The notes below the pieces were generated by a model that worked only from the letters and a program-made list of their open reading frames with translations, was not told the origin of the DNA and did not search any database. Shown here one piece after another: positions 30,461 to 40,807 of a stretch of DNA of 64,000 bases; the first letter of the stretch is position 1; every line of letters begins with the position of its first letter. Source of the stretch: Promethearchaeota archaeon (GTDB lineage Archaea > Asgardarchaeota > Lokiarchaeia > Sigyniarchaeales > SOKP01); contig JAFGOA010000011.1 in NCBI GenBank assembly GCA_016926735.1, positions 1-64,000 of the forward strand. Reading direction: 5' to 3'. A program made the translations under genes and the position numbers.

Positions 30461-31279
30461 ATGGAACCCAAAAAACTAAAATATAAAAATTTCTTTTTTA
30501 TTCTCGGTATTTCTTTAATATTTTTATATATATTTCTATTCCTATTCATATGGCCTCAAATTAGCAACATCTTTAATAATATAGAATCTTATTTAGCAAT
30601 TCTTATTATTATCTTTAGAATATTGATCTTTGGGTCTTTTACTGCTTTCTTATTAAAGAAATGGTTTAATCAAGAAGCTATTTATACATCTGATGCATAT
30701 TTCCTATTTTCTTTATTTTTTATAATTTTAATTATGGGAAAAGGTGTTGATCTTATAATTTCTTTAATATATTTAGATAATCTAATTAATTCAGATTATA
30801 TGTTAATTTTCTTTAAAATTAGATATATTATTATTGTGATTAATGCTATCCCTTTGCTGTTTTTAGGATTAGAAGTATTGATAAATCTGTTTGACATTTA
30901 TGTAAAAAAAATACCAAAAACTAAAATTAATTATATAAAGATATCAATTGTATCCGTTTTCTTAATAATAAATTCTATTGTTATTTTGATTTCTCCTAGT
31001 ACAGAAGTAATTCAAAATATTTTACCTATAATTACAACCTTAACAATGATTGGAATTGTTATCTTATTTGTATTAATGTATAAAATCAAACGGTTATCTC
31101 AAGCACATGGATTAATTATAGGTATAGGCTTTCTTTTTGTTATAATTTCTCATATTTTAAGACCAATTTTCACTAAAGATTTCAATGTATCCATACTAAT
31201 TATCGCCGAGATGATAGATCAACTGATTTATATAATAATTTTCATTGGTTTTATAAAAAAACCTCCCTATATATACTGA
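30461..31279 (+). CDS. Polytopic membrane protein (8 hydrophobic helices; 1+7TM receptor-like)
   Basis: Eight hydrophobic segments containing intramembrane charged residues (R, K..D, R, E..D); no soluble domain. Confidence 0.7.
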   Translation: MEPKKLKYKNFFFILGISLIFLYIFLFLFIWPQISNIFNNIESYLAILIIIFRILIFGSFTAFLLKKWFNQEAIYTSDAYFLFSLFFIILIMGKGVDLIISLIYLDNLINSDYMLIFFKIRYIIIVINAIPLLFLGLEVLINLFDIYVKKIPKTKINYIKISIVSVFLIINSIVILISPSTEVIQNILPIITTLTMIGIVILFVLMYKIKRLSQAHGLIIGIGFLFVIISHILRPIFTKDFNVSILIIAEMIDQLIYIIIFIGFIKKPPYIY

Positions 31280-31390
31280 TTTTTTAAATTTCATCTTTTT
31301 TTTTGAGAAAATTGTTATCTGTTTATCTAATTAGAATTGCTAAAAGTTATATGTTTATAATAATATATAATTGAATGAACAAGAGATTCT

Positions 31391-32431
31391 TTGAATTCAT
31401 TTACCTATAAAAATGATAATGGGCTTAATAGAACTATGAGTGAAAAACAAAAGGAAGAAGAATATAATTTTAAAAATTTTACGATAAAACAATTAAGAGA
31501 TTTTGCCGCTGTTAATCATATTTCTATTCCTACAAAATCAAAAAAAATAGATATAATAGAATTATTAGAAAAGATCGTAAAAAGTCCTGAATTTATCGAT
31601 CGGAATAAAGAAGAATTTTTTGAAGAAGAACTAGTTGTTGATTTTAATGATGAGGACGTTGCTCCTCTCTTTAGAAAAGAAGAAAAAGAATTGAAATTTT
31701 GGCAAAAACCTCCTTTTTCTACTTTATTAAATTTGGAATTAGCTAAAGATTCTGATATTGCATTCTATGATTTATCAAATTTAGTTAATAAATTTTTTGA
31801 TAAGATGCTTCATGAAGATTTTATCAATTATAAAGTCTCTGGAATTGCTTTAAAAACTTCTGCATCTTTACATCATCATAAAATTACCAGTATTATTAAA
31901 GAAGAAGAAGATATTCAAAAAAAAGAAGAAATTGAACAATTTAGACAAAGAACGAGAAGAGGAATTCCTAAAACATTAACCCAACCAATTCAATCAAAAC
32001 TTAAGATAACAAGTAAAGATGAACTTTTTGAAGCTATGAGAGCAGCTATAATAGAAACAATGCAGAAAAAAGAAAAATTAAGACGACAAAGATTAAGAAA
32101 AGAGGAAAAATTACAACGAAAAAAAGAATTATCAGCAAAAGCTCAATTACCAAAAGAATTACTAAAACATATTAGTGGAAGAGAACAAACAATTGAAGAG
32201 TTACTTGATAATTGGTATAGCAAAATTAAAGCAATTATTAAATTTGAAGAAAAAGAAGCTGCTAATTTTTATGGTCTAATTAATCTAATTAATGAAGATC
32301 AAGAAACGGTTTTAGGTAGAAAATATGAATTTGTAAGAATGTTTTTAGCATTAATGTTTCTCAGCACAAACAATAGAATATCTCTTGAACAAAATCAAGA
32401 TTTTACTGATATAAACATTAAAATAAAATAA
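31391..32431 (+). CDS. scpA: Kleisin ScpA with extra N-terminal HeH/Rho-N-like domain (probable start ATG 31436)
   Basis: YDLSNLVNKF...INYKVSGIALKTSA N-terminal helices; FLALMFL...ISLEQ...F.DI C-terminal winged helix. Confidence 0.8.
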   Translation: MNSFTYKNDNGLNRTMSEKQKEEEYNFKNFTIKQLRDFAAVNHISIPTKSKKIDIIELLEKIVKSPEFIDRNKEEFFEEELVVDFNDEDVAPLFRKEEKELKFWQKPPFSTLLNLELAKDSDIAFYDLSNLVNKFFDKMLHEDFINYKVSGIALKTSASLHHHKITSIIKEEEDIQKKEEIEQFRQRTRRGIPKTLTQPIQSKLKITSKDELFEAMRAAIIETMQKKEKLRRQRLRKEEKLQRKKELSAKAQLPKELLKHISGREQTIEELLDNWYSKIKAIIKFEEKEAANFYGLINLINEDQETVLGRKYEFVRMFLALMFLSTNNRISLEQNQDFTDINIKIK

Positions 32432-32450
32432 AAACGTATTATCTGATTAA

Positions 32451-33272
32451 GTGACAATTATTATGAATAATGATATCAATAAATCTGAAAATAATGATGA
32501 AAACGATATAGATAAAACTAAAGATGATGATCAAGATTCTTTTAATGACAATATTATTGGCAATGATGAAAAAATAATAGAGGAAAGTAATAGTGAAATA
32601 GATAATATTGATAATGATGAATTCTCAAAAAATGAAAATTTTAATGGAAAATTCTCAGAAGAAAATAACAATGAAATCGGCAATCTTGAGAAAAACAATC
32701 AAGAACAATCTCAAGAAGAAAAAAAAACCACTAAAGACCCATCTGAGGAGGAAATTCATGATATTTATAGAAATCTAGTAGAAGGGGCTCTTTATGCTGC
32801 AGGAAAATCGCTATCCATTGAAGAAATCTCTACAAAATTAAATCTTTCAAAAATTGAGATAGAAGACTTGCTTAATGAACTTCTTGAAATTTATCATAAT
32901 AGATCGAGTGCTATCACCATAATTAAATTAGGAGATAAATATCAAATGCAAATAAAGACTGAATATGCTGAAAAAATCTCTCAATTTGCTCAAGGAGGGG
33001 CTATCTCTGAAAAATATTTAAGAACTCTTACAATTATTGCATTAAAACAACCAATTTTAAAATCTCTTGTGATAAAAATAAGAGGAACTGGAGCATATGA
33101 ACACATTAAATTTCTTGAAGAAAATGGATTTATTGTTTCTGGTAAAAAAGGAAGATCTGCTGAACTAATCACAACTGATAAATATGCAGAAATGTTTGGT
33201 CTTCCGAAAGATAAACAAGAAATGAAAAAAGTTATGATTGAACAATTAGGAATTGAAAAAAAATCAAATTAA
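32451..33272 (+). CDS. scpB: ScpB (kite) with acidic N-terminal extension
   Basis: VEGALYAAG..LS, LRTL.IIA.KQPI, IRG..AY.H, TT..Y...FGL. Confidence 0.9.
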   Translation: MTIIMNNDINKSENNDENDIDKTKDDDQDSFNDNIIGNDEKIIEESNSEIDNIDNDEFSKNENFNGKFSEENNNEIGNLEKNNQEQSQEEKKTTKDPSEEEIHDIYRNLVEGALYAAGKSLSIEEISTKLNLSKIEIEDLLNELLEIYHNRSSAITIIKLGDKYQMQIKTEYAEKISQFAQGGAISEKYLRTLTIIALKQPILKSLVIKIRGTGAYEHIKFLEENGFIVSGKKGRSAELITTDKYAEMFGLPKDKQEMKKVMIEQLGIEKKSN

Positions 33273-35869
33273 TTTATATTATTTAAAATTATATCAAAAT
33301 CTTCAATAATTTCTTTATTCTTTTCATCCAATTTAAGTGAAGCTTCTTCTGATTTATCTAATATCATGAGTTCTTTAATTCTAATTGTATTTACAATGCT
33401 TTCTTTAAGATCATTTAAAATAGTTATTTGATTATTACTTGTGAACAAATAAACTTTTTCAATTTCTTGATTTAAAGGTATTTGAAGTTTAGATTTATAT
33501 GTTCTAAGGGATTTAATAATTTTCATACAAAAATCTCCATTTTTAGCTGAATCCTCTGGAATATCCTTATATCGTGAAGGCCATTTCTCAAGGTGGATTG
33601 ATTTTAAGTTAATAAATTGGTTATATATAATAGAATAAATTTCTTCAGAAATAAATGGCATGAAAATAGCAAATATTTTTAATATTTTATAAAACAAATT
33701 TATAGCATTTTTTAAAGCGTTAATTTTGATCTTTTCATCTTCTAAATAGAACTTATATTTAATTGCCTCAATATAATTATCACATATATCATTCCAAAAG
33801 AATGATCTTAAAAGCATAAATGCTTCATGCCAATTATATTCTTCAAAAAAGTTTGTAACTTTTTCTAAAACTAAGTTAAATTCAGAAAAGATATAATGAT
33901 CAATTTGAGATAATGAATCTTTATCAAAATTAATATCGGTGATATTAATTTTATCTATATTAATCTTTAAAAATCTATAAGCATTCCATATTTTAGTTAA
34001 TAATCTTTGCGCTCCTATTAATTGTTCATATTTTCTACGGTATTTCTTGTTAAAATTATCTTTTGATAAGATTTTCATTTCTTTCTTAATAACTTCATCT
34101 TTTATTGGTTGCTTCGTATGAATATTCATCCATACATATTCAAATGGATAGTCATCGCCTAATGATCCCATAGCTGCCCATTGTCTTATCACATCTGCTC
34201 CAAAATCAGGAAGCACTTCATCAGGAGAAACAATATTTCCAAAACTTTTTGACATTTTTCTTCCATCAGGTCCTGCTACCATTCCATTTATCATAATTTC
34301 GTTGAAAGGAGCTTTTCCTGTCAATTTCTTACAACGAAATAATGTATAAAAGAGCCAAGTTCTTATTATTTCATATCCTTGAGGCCGATGAACATTTGCA
34401 TAAGTATATGTTTTATTGAAAAATTCCTTATCTTCTAACCATTTTCCAATAGCTAAGGGAGTTATACTTGAATCTATCCAACAATCACATACATCCCTTT
34501 CTCCTTCGATTTTTTTACTTTTACATTTTGGGCATTGGTTAATTGGTGGTTTTAGTTTTACGGGATCTAAAGGTAAATCTTTCTCATTTGGAGTAATAAT
34601 TTCACCACAATCTGAACAATACCAAAAAGGAATTGGTGTTCCAAATATTCTTTGTCTTGAGATTACCCAATTCCAATCCAGTCCGTCTGCCCAATCAATA
34701 AGTCGTTGTTTATGTTTTTCTGGATACCATTTCATTATTTCTCCAGCTTCTATAATTTCATCAGTAAACTCCTTTAATTTTATAAACCACTGATATACTG
34801 GTAGATATTCTATTGGTTTTCGACAGGATGATCGTTCTGAATGAACAATAATACTATGTTCATGCTCCTCTATTTTTTCTAATAAACCTTGTTCATCAAG
34901 ATCTTTTACTATCTGAATTCTTGCCTCATTGATTGTTAATCCTTGATATTTTGAGTTTTGATTCATATGACCATCCTTAGTAAAGATTTGGATTTCTTCT
35001 AAATCATATTCAAATTTCCATCTTATATCTGTTTCATCTCCATATGTACAACAATATACAATTCCAGTACCAAAATGCATATCCACATTTTTATCGACTC
35101 TTATTCGAACTTTCCGTTCAGTAAATGGAATCTTAACCTCTGCAGCAGATAAATGAGAATATCTCTCGTCATTTGGGTGAATAAAGACACCCACACAAGC
35201 TTCTACATATTCAGGACGAGTCGTGGCGATTGTAATATATTCATTATCACTACCTACAATAGGTAATTTAAGATACCATAAATTTCCTTTTTCTACCTCG
35301 TATCCTACTTCTGCTTTTGCAACTGATGTTTCACAATTAACACAGAAATGTGTTGGAAATTTCTCTCTGTATAACCAATCTTTTTTATAATAATTTAAAA
35401 GGGATTTTTGTACTTTATATTTATAATTTTCATCCATGGTTCTATAAGTATAATTCCAATCTGTAGAATAACCTAAAGAATCAAATTGTTTTCTCATATT
35501 TACAATATTATCCTCAACCCATTCAATACATTTGTTTAGAAATAGGTCTCGTTGATCCTTTGATATTCCATAATTCTTTTGTACCGCAAGTTCTACAGGA
35601 AGCCCATGACAATCAAATCCTTGTGGAAAATATACATTTTCACCTTTCATCTTATGATAACGTGCAACAAAATCAATCCAAGAATGATTTAATACATGTC
35701 CAAGATGCAACGTTCCACTTACAAAAGGAGGAGGTGTATCAATTGTAAATATTTTTCCTTCTTTCTTATCATCGAAAGAATATATATCATTATCTTTCCA
35801 ATATTTTATCCATTTCTTTTGAACTTCATCGAATTTAAATCGTTTTGGAAATGTTATCTCTTGAGTCAT
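33269..35869 (-). CDS. valS: Valine--tRNA ligase (archaeal type)
   Basis: IDTPPP, HLGH, GFDCHGLP, ATTRPE, WVISRQR, RPQGYEII, KMSKS. Confidence 0.93.
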   Translation of the reverse strand: MTQEITFPKRFKFDEVQKKWIKYWKDNDIYSFDDKKEGKIFTIDTPPPFVSGTLHLGHVLNHSWIDFVARYHKMKGENVYFPQGFDCHGLPVELAVQKNYGISKDQRDLFLNKCIEWVEDNIVNMRKQFDSLGYSTDWNYTYRTMDENYKYKVQKSLLNYYKKDWLYREKFPTHFCVNCETSVAKAEVGYEVEKGNLWYLKLPIVGSDNEYITIATTRPEYVEACVGVFIHPNDERYSHLSAAEVKIPFTERKVRIRVDKNVDMHFGTGIVYCCTYGDETDIRWKFEYDLEEIQIFTKDGHMNQNSKYQGLTINEARIQIVKDLDEQGLLEKIEEHEHSIIVHSERSSCRKPIEYLPVYQWFIKLKEFTDEIIEAGEIMKWYPEKHKQRLIDWADGLDWNWVISRQRIFGTPIPFWYCSDCGEIITPNEKDLPLDPVKLKPPINQCPKCKSKKIEGERDVCDCWIDSSITPLAIGKWLEDKEFFNKTYTYANVHRPQGYEIIRTWLFYTLFRCKKLTGKAPFNEIMINGMVAGPDGRKMSKSFGNIVSPDEVLPDFGADVIRQWAAMGSLGDDYPFEYVWMNIHTKQPIKDEVIKKEMKILSKDNFNKKYRRKYEQLIGAQRLLTKIWNAYRFLKINIDKINITDINFDKDSLSQIDHYIFSEFNLVLEKVTNFFEEYNWHEAFMLLRSFFWNDICDNYIEAIKYKFYLEDEKIKINALKNAINLFYKILKIFAIFMPFISEEIYSIIYNQFINLKSIHLEKWPSRYKDIPEDSAKNGDFCMKIIKSLRTYKSKLQIPLNQEIEKVYLFTSNNQITILNDLKESIVNTIRIKELMILDKSEEASLKLDEKNKEIIEDFDIILNNIN

Positions 35870-36044
35870 ATCGTTTCAAATTTCTAATCTATTTTTTATT
35901 TAGTTAAAAAAGAAAATCACTAAATAATTAATTAGTCTAATTAAAAATCATTTTTGAGTCTATTGATTCTAATTTTATTTAATAATTTTAAATAAGATTA
36001 ACTAAATTGTATGATTTTTAATAAAAATGAGGATGATATGTATT

Positions 36045-36725
36045 TTAGTAATTAGATCTCATATTTTTATTTTTTTGTAAGATATAAAAAGCACAATCAA
36101 ATTCTTTTAAATCAATATTTTTTACCATTTTTATTTCTTTTTTTAGATGTTTAACTTTTTTTAGTTCTTCTTTACTTAAATTTTTCTCATTTATATTTTT
36201 CATTACCTCTTCAAGTGGTTTGTAATAATCTGTCCACCAAAATCCTTCTGGTAATGCAAAATAATCATATAATTTAAAACCATTTTTCTCTATACATTCT
36301 TTATTTTTCTCTAATTTTTTAATTGATTCATGTAATACAAAAAAACCATTATTTTTAAGAAGTTCATAACAGACTTTAAATGATTTCTCAAATCCTATAA
36401 TATGAATAACTCCTTCTGCCCAAATTATATCGAAGCTCTCTTTCATAAATTTAATATTTAAAAGATTATAATTCATTACTTTTACTTTTTTCAGAAGATT
36501 TTGTTCTTTTATTTTTTTATTAAAATTATCTAATGCTTTTTTATCAATATCAATTCCTATGATAGAACCATTACTTAATTTTAATAATTCAATAGTACTC
36601 TGTCCAGTACCACAACCTATATCTAAAATCTTAGGATTAGTCATTGATGGTAATAATGAGAAGGCTTTTCGTGTGAATTTAAGAAAATTTCTTTTGTATT
36701 TTGAATCAAGTTCATTTATTTTCAT
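36045..36725 (-). CDS. Class I SAM-dependent methyltransferase
   Basis: ILDIGCGTG, GIDID, FDIIWAEG. Confidence 0.88.
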   Translation of the reverse strand: MKINELDSKYKRNFLKFTRKAFSLLPSMTNPKILDIGCGTGQSTIELLKLSNGSIIGIDIDKKALDNFNKKIKEQNLLKKVKVMNYNLLNIKFMKESFDIIWAEGVIHIIGFEKSFKVCYELLKNNGFFVLHESIKKLEKNKECIEKNGFKLYDYFALPEGFWWTDYYKPLEEVMKNINEKNLSKEELKKVKHLKKEIKMVKNIDLKEFDCAFYILQKNKNMRSNY

Positions 36726-36799
36726 AATATTCTAATTTTTATTATATATTGTTTCTTATAAAAAGAATTATAATATCTTTTTATTAATTAAAAAAATAA

Positions 36800-36901
36800 T
36801 GGACCTGACGGGGATTGAACCCGTGACCTCATGATTGCGAACTTCACGTTATTAGATGTATTATCCAATAAACACGCGATCTTCCACTAATCTACAGGCC
36901 C
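36800..36901 (-). tRNA. tRNA-Ala(CGC) with ~30-nt intron in the anticodon stem (36843-36872)
   Basis: Acceptor GGGCCTG/CAGGTCC with G3:U70; loop TT-CGC-AA; T arm ACGGG-TTCAATC-CCCGT; CGCG/CGTG helix with TGT and AAG bulges. Confidence 0.9.
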
Positions 36902-37005
36902 ATAAAATAAAATATTGTATATTAAAATAATTACTCTTAAAAATAATTTTTTATTTCAATTTAATAAGATCTAAAAATCATTTTAGTTTATTTTATAATA
37001 AGAGA

Positions 37006-37878
37006 ATGCAGAATATCGATAAAAAAAAAATAAGATTAGAAAATAGAAAATATAAAAAAATAACTGGAGTTCCTCATCCTTTTCTAAAATGGGCGGGAGG
37101 AAAACGTCAACTTATGAGTCAGATTGATCCCTTTATTCCAGAGAACTTCGATAATTATATTGAACCCTTTGTAGGAGGGGGGGCTCTATTTTTCTATTTA
37201 TTACCTGATAAAGCAATCTTAATAGATAATAATCCTGTTTTAGTTAATGCTTATCAAGTTATAAAAAATAATGTAGATGAACTTATTGAATTATTAAAAC
37301 AACATGTAAATGACGAAAAGTATTATTATAAAATAAGAAATATAGATAGAGAAGAGGAATTCCAAGAATGGACTCTCATTGAAAGGGCTTCTCGTATAAT
37401 CTATCTAAATCGTTGCTGTTATAATGGATTATTCAGAGTGAACAGTAAAGGATTTTTTAATGTTCCTTTTGGACGATATAAGAATCCAAATTTCTGTAAT
37501 GAGAAAAATCTTAGAATAATTCATCAGATATTGCAAAATGTAAAATTAATTCATGGATCATTTGAATTATGTATAGATTTTGCAAAAAAAAATGATTTTG
37601 TATATTTTGATCCTCCCTATTCTCCTTTATCAAAAACAGCAAATTTTACAAGTTATACAAAAGAAAATTTCGATGAAAAGGATCAGCTTAAATTAAAATT
37701 TGTTATAGATAAATTGTCAAAAAGGCGTGTAAAAGTATTGTTAAGTAATTCTAATAACGATTTTATATTAAAATTATATGAAAATTATCATATCGAGATT
37801 GTTAAGGCAAAAAGAGCAATAAATAGCAATCCCTGTAAGCGTGGAAACATAAAAGAAGTATTAATTACTAATTATTGA
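37006..37878 (+). CDS. dam: Dam-family (D12 class) DNA adenine methyltransferase, orphan
   Basis: KWAGGK, EPFVGGG, YNGLFRVN..G.FNVPFG, DPPY. Confidence 0.88.
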   Translation: MQNIDKKKIRLENRKYKKITGVPHPFLKWAGGKRQLMSQIDPFIPENFDNYIEPFVGGGALFFYLLPDKAILIDNNPVLVNAYQVIKNNVDELIELLKQHVNDEKYYYKIRNIDREEEFQEWTLIERASRIIYLNRCCYNGLFRVNSKGFFNVPFGRYKNPNFCNEKNLRIIHQILQNVKLIHGSFELCIDFAKKNDFVYFDPPYSPLSKTANFTSYTKENFDEKDQLKLKFVIDKLSKRRVKVLLSNSNNDFILKLYENYHIEIVKAKRAINSNPCKRGNIKEVLITNY

Positions 37879-38019
37879 AACATTTAGAATATATTATAAA
37901 GAGGACACTCTATAAATAATATAATTTGAGATTAAAGAAGATTATAGAAAGTTAAATAAACTTCATTTATTTGCATTTTTTAATATTTATCAATCAATCA
38001 ATGAATAAGGAAAAATATT

Positions 38020-39363
38020 ATGACTCAAGATTTTATTAAAGTAAAAGGAATGGATTTTATACTTAACAATAAAATAATAACATTCCGTGGTTTTGGAATT
38101 CCAAATTTATTCAATTTAGAACATTTTTTAATTGGATTACCTGGTTCTGAACTTCAAATAAAAGGAGCAATTATAGATGCATATGGTGAAGAGAATTCAA
38201 AAATATTTTGGGATAAGTTTTATAATTGCTATTTAAATGAAAAAGATTTTGAATTCTTTAAAAAAATTGGAATAAATGTTATTAGACTTTCATTTAATTA
38301 TCGTTTGTTTGAATCAGATCAAAATCCTTATAATTATAATGAAAACGGGTTTAAACAAATTGATCGTATTCTAAACTTATGTGAAAGATATGAAATATAT
38401 GCAATATTAGATTTACATTCTGCACCTGGAGGACAGAATCCAGACTGGCATTCTGATAATGCCGTTGGAGAATCTCTCTTTTGGGAGTATGCGGATTTTA
38501 GAAACCGTACAATTTTTTTATGGGAACATATTGCAGAAAGATATAAAAATAATCCGTGGATTGCTGCATACGATTTAATTAATGAACCTTGTCTATATGA
38601 CCTCGATGGAAAACCTGTTAATAATTTTTATGTAAAAATTATCAAAAAAATAAGAAAAATCGATAATAATCACATAATATTTATTGAGGGCGATTTTTAC
38701 GCAAGAGATTTTACCTATTTTGATGAAATTGATGATCCTAATATAGCATATTCTTTTCATTATTATGCTTTTTTTAACCTAAATAAATTTCATTCAGGTG
38801 ATATTTTAAAAAAAGTTGAAATTGATTTATTTGAAAATATAACCTTAGATTATCTATTAAAAAAATTAAAAAGACCAATATGGTGTGGTGAAACAGGTAT
38901 ATTACTAAATTCTCAAGATAAAGTACTTGAGGAAAATGTTTTAAAAAATACCATTGAAATCTTTGAAAAGTACAACATATCTTGGAGTTTGTGGGATTAT
39001 AAGGATGCACGAAGTATGGGGGCAATATTTCCTTCAGAAAGTTCAAAATGGATGGAACTTTCGCGTAAAGCTTGCAATAATTGGGAATTCTGGCATGATC
39101 AGAGAGAAATTGAAAAAGAAGTAAAAATGTTATTTAAAAGGTATTCCATTGATTATAAAAATAAAAAATTATTTCTCAAACTCAAATTTAGAATTATGGC
39201 TAATAACCATCTTTTATATGTTGAAAATTATAAAAATATTTTTTCAGAAATTAAATTTGAAGATTTAGTAGAATATCCTGAATCCTTTCTATTTGATAAT
39301 TGTGAAAAGTGGAATGAAATTATACAAATAATAACAGATTATACAAAGAAATTTATTTCTTAA
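38020..39363 (+). CDS. Glycoside hydrolase family 5, no signal peptide
   Basis: N.IRL, LDLH.APGGQN, NEP (acid/base), SFHYY, GETG (nucleophile), W..W. Confidence 0.88.
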   Translation: MTQDFIKVKGMDFILNNKIITFRGFGIPNLFNLEHFLIGLPGSELQIKGAIIDAYGEENSKIFWDKFYNCYLNEKDFEFFKKIGINVIRLSFNYRLFESDQNPYNYNENGFKQIDRILNLCERYEIYAILDLHSAPGGQNPDWHSDNAVGESLFWEYADFRNRTIFLWEHIAERYKNNPWIAAYDLINEPCLYDLDGKPVNNFYVKIIKKIRKIDNNHIIFIEGDFYARDFTYFDEIDDPNIAYSFHYYAFFNLNKFHSGDILKKVEIDLFENITLDYLLKKLKRPIWCGETGILLNSQDKVLEENVLKNTIEIFEKYNISWSLWDYKDARSMGAIFPSESSKWMELSRKACNNWEFWHDQREIEKEVKMLFKRYSIDYKNKKLFLKLKFRIMANNHLLYVENYKNIFSEIKFEDLVEYPESFLFDNCEKWNEIIQIITDYTKKFIS

Positions 39364-39617
39364 TTATAAATAAATTTATATCTTATAATAATTATCAGAC
39401 AAACTAATGTAATAAAATTTCCAAGAATAACTCCAATACTCATGATCAATATTCCGTAAATTAACCAAAGAAAGACACCAAATGCAAAAATAACAATCCA
39501 ATACCATGATAGATCTTGAGTGGATTTAGTTTTTATCACTCGAATTGTTTGAGGTAAAAAGGCTAAAGTAGTAAAAATTGCTGCAATAATTCCCATTAAT
39601 TCTATTACAAAATTCAT
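39360..39617 (-). CDS. SemiSWEET (PQ-loop) sugar transporter
   Basis: TTLAFLPQ, TKST.DLS, LWLIYGI; 3 TM. Confidence 0.9.
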   Translation of the reverse strand: MNFVIELMGIIAAIFTTLAFLPQTIRVIKTKSTQDLSWYWIVIFAFGVFLWLIYGILIMSIGVILGNFITLVCLIIIIRYKFIYN

Positions 39618-39667
39618 AATTTATTCTCGATAATTAAGATTATTGTATTTTAGATAATTCTCTACTA

Positions 39668-40807
39668 TTATTTTTTATGAATCCCATATAATTTATTTAT
39701 AAATTTTTGATATATCTCTATACTATATAAATACTCTTCAATTTCTATAAATTCATTATCACTATGTTCAAGTCTAGGATCTCCACTTCCAAATGTTATG
39801 GAAGGAATATTATAATGAATTCCTATAGTGTTTATAAATGTTGTTCCTGTTTTTTTAATTAAAATTGGTTTTTTGTTAAGGGTTTTAAATATTGCCCATC
39901 TTAATGCTCCAATGATTGGTTCATCTTTTTTAACTTCAAATCCTTCAACTTGGCTTTGTATTTCTTCTTCAATTTGAATTTCTTTTCCTTCATTAATAAC
40001 TATAGTTTCTCTGTAAATTCTAATATTTTGTCTTATTATTTTTAATATTTCTTTTGAAGTGATCAATGGGGGAAAACGAATATCCACATTCATTATACAC
40101 TCAAAGGGAACGCAGTTTGTTAATTTTCCTCCAGATAAAACTGTTAGATTTGTTATTATTTGATTAAAATATTTTTTTTTAGAATCATTAATCTCATATT
40201 CTTCTGATAATTCTTTACAACTTTTTTTGATAATTTCCCAAATTTTTAATCCGATTTCAATTGCATTATAATATAACCACGAGCATGCTACATGCCCTAT
40301 TTCTGTATTGATTTTATATTGAATTGACAATCTTCCTTTATAACCAATACATATCTGATTTATTGTTGTAGGTTCACCAAATATCGCATAATCTGGTTTA
40401 ATTTCTGATTTAATTAATTCCTTTATTCCAATTAAGCTATCTTCTTCACGAACTATTCCAGCGAAAATTAATTTTCCTGTATTCTCTTGTGTAAAATCAT
40501 AGTGAGATATTGCATATACCATCGCTGCTAGGGAAGGTTTGCAATCTACAGCACCTCTTCCATATATTTTTCCCTCCTTTTCTATAACGGGTAGCTCTCC
40601 GGGGATTGTATCCATATGAGACGAAAATAGAATAATTGGGGTTCCAACACCCTTTTCTGCGATTAAATTGCCAACGTTATCAAAATATACCTTGAAACCA
40701 TGAATTCTTAGGAATTCAGCAAGAAATTCAGAATATTCCTTCTCGTGTCCGGAAGGACTATAATATTCAATACATTTTTTTAAAAAATTAACAGACTTAT
40801 CATTCAT
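39668..40807 (-). CDS. lysK: [LysW]-lysine/ornithine hydrolase (M20)
   Basis: SHMDT.PG, GRGAVD.K, REE, GEP, GYKG, GD..LEH. Confidence 0.85.
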   Translation of the reverse strand: MNDKSVNFLKKCIEYYSPSGHEKEYSEFLAEFLRIHGFKVYFDNVGNLIAEKGVGTPIILFSSHMDTIPGELPVIEKEGKIYGRGAVDCKPSLAAMVYAISHYDFTQENTGKLIFAGIVREEDSLIGIKELIKSEIKPDYAIFGEPTTINQICIGYKGRLSIQYKINTEIGHVACSWLYYNAIEIGLKIWEIIKKSCKELSEEYEINDSKKKYFNQIITNLTVLSGGKLTNCVPFECIMNVDIRFPPLITSKEILKIIRQNIRIYRETIVINEGKEIQIEEEIQSQVEGFEVKKDEPIIGALRWAIFKTLNKKPILIKKTGTTFINTIGIHYNIPSITFGSGDPRLEHSDNEFIEIEEYLYSIEIYQKFINKLYGIHKK

